Assembly (NCBI GenBank): GCA_963786955.1
Contig: CAWBAT010000008.1
Location: 352,001-416,000 of the forward strand
Reading direction: 5' to 3'
Source: an uncultured Acidimicrobiia bacterium
Lineage (GTDB): Bacteria > Acidobacteriota > Terriglobia > Versatilivoradales > Versatilivoraceae
Length of the DNA: 64,000 bases
In this document: positions 1 through 7,698 of the stretch, piece by piece
Layout: the number at the start of each line of letters is the position of its first letter
Numbering within the stretch: position 1 is the stretch's first letter
Made by a program: the position numbers and the translations under genes
Notes under the pieces: model-generated
What the model saw: the letters and a program-made list of their open reading frames with translations, nothing else
Database searches by the model: none
Told to the model about the DNA's origin: nothing

Positions 1-373
1 CCGGATATGAGCCAGTGCTATTCGCCCCGATTCCGCCAAATTGCCCATCAGTGTGCCAAGCAACTCAAATTGCGGTTAAGAGAAGGGGTCTACGTAGCGG
101 TTTCAGGCCCAAGCTATGAGACACCGGCTGAAATCCGGATGTTTCAGCGATTGGGCGGGGACGCCATTGGAATGTCAACGGTGCCCGGAGATTATCGTGG
201 CTCGCCAGATGGGTCTAGAGTGTTTGGGAATTTCTGTCATTACAAATATGGCCGCAGGATTGTCGAAAAGGCCTCTCAGCCATGCTGAGGTTCTGGCAAC
301 AACAGAGCAACGGAAATCAGAATTTTTCACGTTACTGAAGAATGTCTGTAGTGAAATTCTCAGCTTGGAATGA
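1..373 (+). CDS. punA: Purine nucleoside phosphorylase, C-terminal part (5' truncated by the window; apparent +1 indel near 185)
   Basis: GVY..SGPSYETPAE and DAIGMSTVP in ORF 7..288 continue as EIIVARQMG..ISVITNMAAG..LSHAEV in ORF 116..373. Confidence 0.9.
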
Positions 374-376
374 GCC

Positions 377-979
377 ATGATTATTGGTATCTGCGGCGGA
401 TCAGGTTCCGGAAAGACCACGGTTGCCAAGAAATTGGTTGAAGTTTTCGGAGAGACACAAACCGTTCTGCTGGCTCAGGATTCTTATTACAAGGACCACT
501 CTGACCTGCCTCTGGAAGAGCGGGCCAAGGTCAATTTTGACCACCCCGAATCGGTTGATTTCGATCTCTTGATCGGGCATTTGCAAGCACTCAAGGGAAA
601 TCAGCCGGTTGATCGTCCGCATTATGATTTTACACAGCATCTTCGTACCACCAGTGTTCAGCGCCTTGAGCCCAAGCCCATCATCATCGTTGAAGGGATC
701 TTGATCCTTCATGAACCTCGATTGAGGGAAATGTTTGATCTAAAGGTCTTTGTGGATACCGATGCGGATATTCGCTTTATTCGCCGGCTAAGGCGGGATG
801 TTCGCGACCGGGGCCGAACCATGGAGGCCGTCGTAGAGCAATACCTGAGTACCGTCCGTCCCATGCATCTGAAGTTCGTAGAACCTGGAAAGGAGTTTGC
901 CGAGATCGTGATTCCTGAAGGCGGAAAAAATCCGACGCAGCGATTGATCGGGTGGTTCAAAGGGTCAAGACGCAGCTAG
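377..979 (+). CDS. udk: Uridine kinase (last ~15 aa probably shifted by an indel near 935)
   Basis: P-loop GICGGSGSGKTT, QDSYY, NFDHP, IIVEGIL, RRLRRD..RGR. Confidence 0.93.
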   Translation: MIIGICGGSGSGKTTVAKKLVEVFGETQTVLLAQDSYYKDHSDLPLEERAKVNFDHPESVDFDLLIGHLQALKGNQPVDRPHYDFTQHLRTTSVQRLEPKPIIIVEGILILHEPRLREMFDLKVFVDTDADIRFIRRLRRDVRDRGRTMEAVVEQYLSTVRPMHLKFVEPGKEFAEIVIPEGGKNPTQRLIGWFKGSRRS

Positions 980-1010
980 TACCAAGTTGCACAAATTCGC
1001 GGTAATTGTT

Positions 1011-1035
1011 GTAGCCGGGGTCGTTGACCCCGGGC
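1011..1035. repeat. Short GTAG-type REP-like palindrome
   Basis: gtagccggggtc-gtt-gaccccgg hairpin; related units at ~4803 and ~17235. Confidence 0.55.
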
Positions 1036-1058
1036 CTGAAGATTTGGATATTTCCTCT

Positions 1059-1297
1059 GCCCTGAAAGGGCAAGAGAAAATAGCCCAGGGCAGAGTGGAG
1101 GGCGAAGCCCGGAGCGGCGCCCTGGGTCACGGGACACCCACGAAGGGGCACCCTGAAGGGGTGCAACACAAATCTCGTCCGGATTGTCGTGCCATTTCAG
1201 GGCGCTGACGATTCATTGGGATCGCAACCCAGGGCGGCGCTGCGGGGCTTTGCCCCTGCGCTCTGCCCTGGGCTAAATTGTGGTGGCCCTTCAGGCC
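1059..1297. repeat. REPIN-like long inverted-repeat element
   Basis: tagcccagggcagag (1081-1095) pairs perfectly with ctctgccctgggcta (1261-1275). The imperfect pairing extends to ~47 nt, with gccctgaaagggc-type mini-hairpins at the ends and centre. Confidence 0.8.
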
Positions 1298-1439
1298 GCT
1301 TGATATCTGAAGGTCTGCGAATGGACCGCTTCATAGACATATTTCCAAATGACGAAACGAAACGATAGCGCCACCAATATAAGCTTGGAAGCCTGCGCCG
1401 TTACTGAATCTGGGGTGCCAACAAATGTCCAATCTCCAA

Positions 1440-1555
1440 CGCCGGGTCGGTGATGAAGTATTGAGAATACTTCATGCCTACACCTTTGTAGGCTTGGGGC
1501 TTTCTCAAAGCCCCAACCCCACGCGGCGCCCATCCTAAGATACGTCACCGTATTT
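1440..1555. repeat. Composite REP-like element, second copy at 17216-17330
   Basis: tgtaggcttggggctttctcaaagccccaacc.cacgcggcgcc.atcctaagatacgtcaccgta is shared almost exactly between the two loci. Confidence 0.8.
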
Positions 1556-1674
1556 CTGAAACGCAGTACTTAGTTGCAGAATATATTATTGGAAATTAAG
1601 CGAGGTCACCTGAACGTGGAACGCTACGGCGAGCGTTCCCTACCAAAAATTCGGCATTTTTTCACACTTTCTCA

Positions 1675-1756
1675 GGGGCGAGGGGATGGTCGCTCTGGTA
1701 GGGCGCGCACGCCGTGCGCGCCGAATGTCCGCCCGGCGGTCCGTCCCTACCAACTC
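1675..1756. repeat. GTAGGG-type REP doublet (modules A+B) with GC-rich leader; direct repeat of 4627-4707
   Basis: ggggcgagggg(a/g)tggtcgctctggtagggcgcgc(a/t)cgccgtgcgcgccg...gcccggcggtccgtccctacc in both copies. Confidence 0.85.
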
Positions 1757-2173
1757 AGCCGCGCGCGGTCACAAGAGTTCCTGAGACCTTGCGCCGCCAA
1801 GTCCTTGACTGCGTCACTAACGAATGTTTCGGCCGCCACGAGGACGTGTCAATCTGAATTCAGTAAAGCTGCTCATGATGACTACTTACCGGACGGCCGC
1901 GGAAGAGAGCCCAGACTTTTTGGACCCCCGTGCTGCATAGAATCTAAACCGAACTGCGGCACTGTTGTTTGAGTAGTTCGACTTTGGAACTAGCCGCTCT
2001 GGATTAACTTCATCTTCAAGCACGTAATAACCGTCTGGCAGCCCATCCATCTCGACCCACTGGCAATCGAGATTTTGAGGTTAAACGTCGGTCCAGCCAA
2101 CCTGAAGGCCCTGCTTGCCGGTGGAAGTCGGCGCGGCCCCATTGATGAATATAATCTAACCCGGAGAAAACCC

Positions 2174-2983
2174 TCAATTCAAGATCGTCAGATTTGCTGG
2201 AGTCTTCGCCTTTTTAGGAGTGAATTGAAACCGGACAGTTGCGAAGTTATTATTATATTTGCCAGTCTCTTCCGGCAAGAACCACTCAGGGTTCACTTGA
2301 ACCTCTAAGACATAGATCCCTTCAGCTAATCCGTCAATCTGAATATATTGACAATCCAATTGCTGCCCGTAAATGTCTGTCCACCCGGATGTTATACCCT
2401 GGTAAGCACAAGTGACAAATTGTCGGGTTTTGCTCCCACTGTACCTTGCACTGTCAATCATGCAGAAACCTTGCTTGCGACCGACTAAAAGGTCTCCACT
2501 CCGCAAAGCATCTGCGAGTAGGCTGGCATTCACAGGAGTATTAGTCGGGGAGTTGACGTCCCGGCTTCCTGTCCAGGCAGTGTAGCCCACATCTGTCCAA
2601 AGGCGATAATCTGCGAACTCTCTATAATGCAAGTGCCCGTGACACTCGCTTAGGTGGAAAAGATTGGGGCATGCGTTCGGGTCTCCAATTACCAGATCAC
2701 CCGAGCCCATGTTGGGAGTGCTAACTGCAAATCTTAGCAACTGGTGTTGTCCCCGCGAGCTGACACAGCCCTCCACCACAGCGCACTGGGTCTGGGAAAA
2801 CTTCTCGGTTGTGACGACGAGGGCATTCCTCAATGCAACGGGATCCACAATCAAGTCAGGCAAAGCTTGGCCTGAGATGACGGTTGCACAAGTTCCCGTC
2901 TGGGCAAAAGCGGCGGTCGGAACAAAAATGATACCCAAAAGCATAGACAAGAGAACGCTGATCATTGAAACGTGTATGCGCAT
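2174..2983 (-). CDS. Secreted lysyl oxidase (LOX) family protein
   Basis: Signal peptide ending AFA-Q. Motifs LPDL, CAVVEGCV, LLRF, CHGHLH (Cu His triad), GRKQGFC (LTQ Lys), DIYGQQLDCQ (LTQ Tyr), VNPE..LPE..YNNN are colinear with animal LOX. Start set at ATG 2983 behind AAGGAG. Confidence 0.88.
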   Translation of the reverse strand: MRIHVSMISVLLSMLLGIIFVPTAAFAQTGTCATVISGQALPDLIVDPVALRNALVVTTEKFSQTQCAVVEGCVSSRGQHQLLRFAVSTPNMGSGDLVIGDPNACPNLFHLSECHGHLHYREFADYRLWTDVGYTAWTGSRDVNSPTNTPVNASLLADALRSGDLLVGRKQGFCMIDSARYSGSKTRQFVTCAYQGITSGWTDIYGQQLDCQYIQIDGLAEGIYVLEVQVNPEWFLPEETGKYNNNFATVRFQFTPKKAKTPANLTILN

Positions 2984-3173
2984 CGTACTTAACTCCTTGG
3001 GCGAGAATGTAAGAATGACAATCAATATGGTAAACCTGATCCTCGCAACTGCTCCATTGACAGTCGCGGGACGGTTGTTTACGGGAAACTCACCGTTTCT
3101 CCGCAACCGGCCCCAGGGATGTACCTCGGATCGCCGTCCGGGAGGCCGGCTCCCACCTTCGATAAAGCGAAAG

Positions 3174-3200
3174 GGCTGCTAGCTTTTGCATAGCAGCCCA
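3174..3200 (-). terminator. Probable intrinsic terminator between the secreted protein gene and the LOX gene
   Basis: Stem gggctgcta/tagcagccc, followed on the minus strand by tttcgcttt, ~20 nt after the stop at 3219. Confidence 0.55.
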
Positions 3201-3218
3201 ATACTCTCTACAAACTGC

Positions 3219-3995
3219 CTATGGGCACTTCTCCGTCTTCGGATCGCATGTAGGGGGGCAAACCTTTGGATCGCATGGTTTGATGTCGCCTACATTCTTA
3301 AGCGGGATGGTTTGGGCGCCAGAACCGATTGCCCCGGACCCCCCCTCTATGACTTTTGCACTAGCCAAACTGGCTTGCAAGTTGCCGGTTGGACTATCAC
3401 CGTTGCACACTATCTTGAGATCGAACCGCAATACGACCTTCTCGCCCGCCTGGAGACCGGAGACTGTGACGGTCCCGGTACCTTTGGCACCCTTGCTGAA
3501 CGTAACACCAGGATTGTTCACGATGATAGAAACATTGCTATCCGCTGGGTTTTCGACGTTACCCGCGTCGCTGCCCGTAGGATTTGTTCCCTCGCCGACG
3601 AGAACGTCTCCTCTGTTGATTATCACGTTGTACATTTTTTCGTAGGCCACGCCGGACTGGCCAGTCGAGTCCGCGGTCCATTCAAATACCATCTGGATGG
3701 TTTGGGTGCCAACCGCCGCGGGGTCTACACTAATCTGCACGAAGTGGGTGACGAGATCAAGGCAGGCGAAGTCGCCACCTTCAAGCGATTCGACAACGTC
3801 TTTGTCCTTCCCGATCGTGCGGTCGTCGTAGGCCCCACCCCCCGTGCTGTGGTCATAGGTAAATGGCGCTGCGGCGACGAGGTTAAGCGAGAAATTGCCA
3901 CCTGTAGTAGGATTTGGTGGTACAGCCAACAGATTCTGGCCTGCTGTAAGCTGGGCTGCCACAGCCAGTGCTATGGCTAGTATGAATCGATACAT
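3219..3995 (-). CDS. Secreted hypothetical protein, beta-rich, with C-terminal Cys/Pro/Lys tail
   Basis: Signal peptide MYRFILAIALAVAAQLTAG behind AAAGGAG. Ends KPCDPKVCPPTCDPKTEKCP. Confidence 0.8.
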   Translation of the reverse strand: MYRFILAIALAVAAQLTAGQNLLAVPPNPTTGGNFSLNLVAAAPFTYDHSTGGGAYDDRTIGKDKDVVESLEGGDFACLDLVTHFVQISVDPAAVGTQTIQMVFEWTADSTGQSGVAYEKMYNVIINRGDVLVGEGTNPTGSDAGNVENPADSNVSIIVNNPGVTFSKGAKGTGTVTVSGLQAGEKVVLRFDLKIVCNGDSPTGNLQASLASAKVIEGGSGAIGSGAQTIPLKNVGDIKPCDPKVCPPTCDPKTEKCP

Positions 3996-4563
3996 TGTTT
4001 TTCTCCTTTTCTGTGCACTCTGTGCACATAATTTTAGATTCGATCCCTGCCATTTCTTCTTCATTCCTTCCCCCTTTTTTCCTTGTATAGGTTATGTTTC
4101 AGACAAAGAAAACTTTAATGCCTTAGAGTCAGACAAGCTTCCCACCCTCAAGCTGAGAGCCTCGGCCTCTACTTGCTCACAGCAAACTGCCAAACTGATC
4201 CCGCGATTCGACGCGCTGGAACTCCGAATCCATGGCCGCACTAGTCTCAATTTTTAAGGGATGCGCTCTAAACGCAAAGAAAGTCCTTTGTCTAAAACTA
4301 CGAAGGTAGTGCACGTATTGATCCAAACTTTCGGTTTCGCCGTTCGCCCCCATAGACTTTAAGGAGGTCAATGATTTAGGATGGGCTAGAGCGTATTTGA
4401 GTTTGAGAAGCAACTACCGTGATCATCAGTCAAAGAGAGAAAGGGAAAAGAATTTCCTCTCGGAGGCATGATGTTTCCTAATCAGGATCTTGATGGGAAT
4501 TAACAAGTGCCTAATACAAACGCAATAAATAATGTTCTAAGTCCCGCTCGGACACTCGTCAAG

Positions 4564-5113
4564 TCCCCCTTGTCAAAGGGAAGGCGTGAAAGAATTCAAT
4601 TTTTGGTTCCCGTCCTTGGTAAGGAGGGGGCGAGGGGGTGGTCGCTCTGGTAGGGCGCGCTCGCCGTGCGCGCCGCGGACGGCCCGGCGGTCCGTCCCTA
4701 CCCACTCTGCCGCTACAGAAGCGACAATCTCAAATCGTCACCGAATGCCTTGCCCTTACAGATTCCCCCCCGTAACTAACGCATTACCCAGAATTTCGTG
4801 TTGTAGCCGGCCTCGTCGAGGCCGGAATGAGAAATGATGCCAGCGTCGTCCGAGAGATTGTGCGAGTTACCACAATACCGATACTGGCGTGGCCTTTCCA
4901 GGATTGTTCGAACCACCCCGCCGCCTGTGGCTGCGGCTGCCCCTCCTTATCCAAGGAGGGGAGCCTTATTGCCAAGTTCTACAAGGCTGCATCCTGTTAG
5001 TGACGAGAACGGCGTCGAATGAATAAATTGAGTGGTGATGAATTTGTAGGGGCGAAGCATTCGCCTGGAAGATAGAAACAGATTCACCATCCGTCGTCGA
5101 ATGCTTCGCCCCT
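4564..5113. repeat. Cluster of several REP-like palindromes
   Basis: ccttggtaaggagggg (~4614) inverted with ccctccttatccaaggagggg (~4941); A+B doublet 4649-4702; gtagccggcctcgtcgaggccgg (~4803); 16-bp perfect inverted repeat aggggcgaagcattcg (5048-5063) / cgaatgcttcgcccct (5098-5113). Confidence 0.75.
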
Positions 5114-5406
5114 CACGGATGGCATCTCTCGACGAGACTGCTGGTGACCTCGCGAGACCAGTCGGCAATGCACTCTAATCATTGATCACGTCAAATAGCC
5201 GGTCCCTTTTCTCGTACGTCGGTTCAATCAGAACCAAAGCTGTTTTCGAGCGGAAAGACGGCTTCCTCCAATCACAGCGATCTAATTGACTCCATCTTTG
5301 CTTTAAATAAACACAGCGGTTAGGATTTCAATGGTAGTATTCAATGGCAAACCCTAACTAAGGCCGAATTGGAAGATAGCTTTTAGTACAAGAAGGAAGC
5401 CACTCC

Positions 5407-5583
5407 ATGAAAATTCTTCTGACGATACTATTCTTCGTTATGGTTGGTTTCGCATTAGTCGGGCTAATTCACGGTAACTTGTTCATCGTGCTGACGAATT
5501 TCACGGCGGTCAAGCATGATGCACAGGTAAGCTTGGTTATTTCCGTTTGTGCCGGTGTTGTCGTTTCTTTTCTTTATAACTGA
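5407..5583 (+). CDS. Putative 58-aa small membrane protein (below the ORF-track cutoff)
   Basis: Hand translation MKILLTILFFVMVGFALVGLIHGNLFIVLTNFTAVKHDAQVSLVISVCAGVVVSFLYN*. Two hydrophobic segments; gaagga upstream. Confidence 0.45.
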   Translation: MKILLTILFFVMVGFALVGLIHGNLFIVLTNFTAVKHDAQVSLVISVCAGVVVSFLYN

Positions 5584-5807
5584 GTTTAGAGACCCCTACT
5601 CTGCACAAAACAAATGGTCCAGAGGATACCGGGTCAATCTGCCTCTCTTCTGAGTAAATGACCCTTCTCACTCTAGATCCTCAAGATGCACCTGACTTGA
5701 AAATGCAGAAATGATCGTTAGGAGTTCCTTCCAGCAGTTTCCAGATTTTATTTGTAGGGGAACGCACGCTGTTCCGTTTCCCGGACGTCGGAGTCTAAAT
5801 CAAAACA

Positions 5808-6404
5808 ATGAAAGTTCTGATTAGTCATAAACAATTTGAGTACGAAGGTTATGTCAAGATCGAGAAGGCAAAACTACAATTTGAACGCTTTAACGGCACC
5901 ATGAGTCCGGAAATTACCCGCTTTCGCCATTTTCGGGGGGATGCAGTAGCCGTCTTGATTTTTGACCCGGTCCATCTGCAGGTTCTTTTGATCAATCAGT
6001 TTCGTTACCCGGTTTACGCGAAGACAGGCAAAGGATGGTTTTTGGAATGCGTTGCGGGAATGACCGAGGAAAACGAGAGTCCTATTGAAGTCGCAAGAAG
6101 AGAAGTTGGCGAAGAAACCGGACTACAATTAAAGAGCCTCGAATTGCTGACCGAATACTTCTTTGCGCCAGGTGGATCTTCCGACAAAGTCTTCTTGTTT
6201 TTGGGCGAAGTAGAGGATCCTCAAGCTCCACTGGGAATTCATGGGCTGCTTCATGAAGGGGAGGAGATCGAAGCCCGGTGGGTGCCTTTGAAACAAGCGT
6301 TAGCCTGGGTCGATTCTGGGGAACTCTCCGATGCCAAGGCGATTATTGGATTGACGCTATTAGATCGGCGGCTAAGGATGAAAGGGCTAACCACGGGAGG
6401 ATGA
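5808..6404 (+). CDS. nudF: NUDIX hydrolase, ADP-ribose pyrophosphatase-like
   Basis: Nudix box AG..EENESPIEVARREVGEETGL; QFRYP, PGGS, EGEEI, DAK.IIGL. Confidence 0.85.
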   Translation: MKVLISHKQFEYEGYVKIEKAKLQFERFNGTMSPEITRFRHFRGDAVAVLIFDPVHLQVLLINQFRYPVYAKTGKGWFLECVAGMTEENESPIEVARREVGEETGLQLKSLELLTEYFFAPGGSSDKVFLFLGEVEDPQAPLGIHGLLHEGEEIEARWVPLKQALAWVDSGELSDAKAIIGLTLLDRRLRMKGLTTGG

Positions 6405-6509
6405 GGACCTTCCCGTACTCTTAAGTTTGAACACTGGTGCAGGCCAGAGGTCCACATTACAGTTTTGTGGCGCAGGCGTCCCTCCTGAATCTGGAGTTTG
6501 GACATTGTT

Positions 6510-6729
6510 GCCCCGGCAGGGGCAACCGACGGTAGCCTGGGGCAGAGCTAAGCGACGCCCCAGGTTGGCGTCCCCAAATTCCATTTGCGCCCCGGTAGGG
6601 GCTCTGGAATGCCCGCCGGACAAAGATCCTGCGCCCCTGCCAGGGCGCCGATGATTCTGCCGGGCCTCTTGTTCCTGGGGCACAGCTCCGCTCTGCCCCA
6701 GGCTACCATGCAGCACCCTTCCAGGGTGC
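6510..6729. repeat. REPIN-like long inverted-repeat element between convergent nudF and nth
   Basis: 18-bp perfect inverted repeat ggtagcctggggcagagc (6531-6548) / gctctgccccaggctacc (6690-6707), plus gccccggcaggggc mini-hairpins. Same layout as 1059-1297. Confidence 0.8.
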
Positions 6730-6772
6730 TCACGCAGATCTGTGTTTTGTCGTAGGTCTCTGTGTAACCTCT

Positions 6773-7456
6773 TTATTTCCCGACTCCAATCTTCGGGCAG
6801 ACTTCTTCGAGAACACAGCGTTCACAGGCTGGCTTGCGAGCCACGCAAACCTTTCTTCCGTGATGGATCAAGCGGTGAGAAAAATTAATCCACTCGTCAG
6901 GAGGGATGGATTTCATGAGATCCAGTTCAACTTTTTCGGGAGTCTTACCCCTAGTTAATCCTAATCGATGGGTGATCCGAAAAACGTGCGTATCGACAAC
7001 CACTCCGGATGCTGTCCCAAACGCTGTTCCCAAAACAACATTGGCGGTTTTTCGAGCCACTCCCGGCAAAGTCAACAAGCTTTCCATGTCCCTCGGAACC
7101 TGGCCTCCATACTGATTCATAATTCTCTGGCTAGCCCCAATAATGTTTTTGGATTTATTCCGGAAGAAGCCAGTCGTTCGGATCATCTCCTCCAGTTCTG
7201 CCTGCGGGGCATTTGCAAAGGACTGAACAGAGGGATATCTCTTGAATAGGGCAGGGGTTACCTTATTGACTCTGACGTCGGTGCATTGGGCTGAAAGAAT
7301 TGTCGCAATCATCAGTTGAAAAGGGTTTTCATGCCCGAGGGCGCATTGGGCGTCTGGGTACTCGTTTTTCAAGGCCGCAACGATCTCGTTGACCCGCACC
7401 TGGCGAGGCTTAGATGTACGCTGCTTTTGAGGTTTAATGATCGGCATGAGCTTCAT
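6773..7456 (-). CDS. nth: Endonuclease III
   Basis: ILSAQCTD, HhH LPGVARKTANVV, VDTHV, [4Fe-4S] motif CVARKPACERCVLEEVC. Confidence 0.96.
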   Translation of the reverse strand: MKLMPIIKPQKQRTSKPRQVRVNEIVAALKNEYPDAQCALGHENPFQLMIATILSAQCTDVRVNKVTPALFKRYPSVQSFANAPQAELEEMIRTTGFFRNKSKNIIGASQRIMNQYGGQVPRDMESLLTLPGVARKTANVVLGTAFGTASGVVVDTHVFRITHRLGLTRGKTPEKVELDLMKSIPPDEWINFSHRLIHHGRKVCVARKPACERCVLEEVCPKIGVGK

Positions 7457-7510
7457 TCAAAGATCCCCGGAAGGTGTGAAAGAATTGGTTTCGGGGTTGC
7501 TCGGCGAGTG

Positions 7511-7630
7511 TCCCTCTTGGTTAAGGGGGACTCCAGGGGGGTAAGGTAGGGCGGTCTCGCTGAGACCGCCGTGCGGACATTCGGCGCGCACGGCGTGCGC
7601 GCCCTACCAGAGCGCCACCCCCTCGCCCCC
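7511..7630. repeat. REP doublet (module C + inverted module A) with GC-rich leader
   Basis: ggtagggcggtctcgctgagaccgccg joined to the reverse complement of the 1675-1730 unit. Confidence 0.8.
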
Positions 7631-7698
7631 GGAAGCTGTGAAATAAGCAGTTTAACATAAGACCCACTGTTGCCTATCGCTTCGCCCCACAATCCTCA

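Noticed and set aside
957-1972. Short ORFs 957..1169, 987..1208, 1291..1548 and 1574..1972 (likewise 4586..5168, 6387..6733, 7453..7692, 54538..54771)
   Set aside because: They are translations of GC-rich REP palindromes, e.g. the recurring GRARTPCAP; no protein motifs.
3186-3980. 264-aa plus-strand ORF
   Set aside because: Antisense shadow of the secreted protein gene, which has the RBS, signal peptide and terminator.
1440-7630. Repeated palindromes considered as a CRISPR array or integron attC sites
   Set aside because: No regular repeat-spacer periodicity, mixed orientation, no cas genes or integrase, and no clear RYYYAAC/GTTRRRY boxes.
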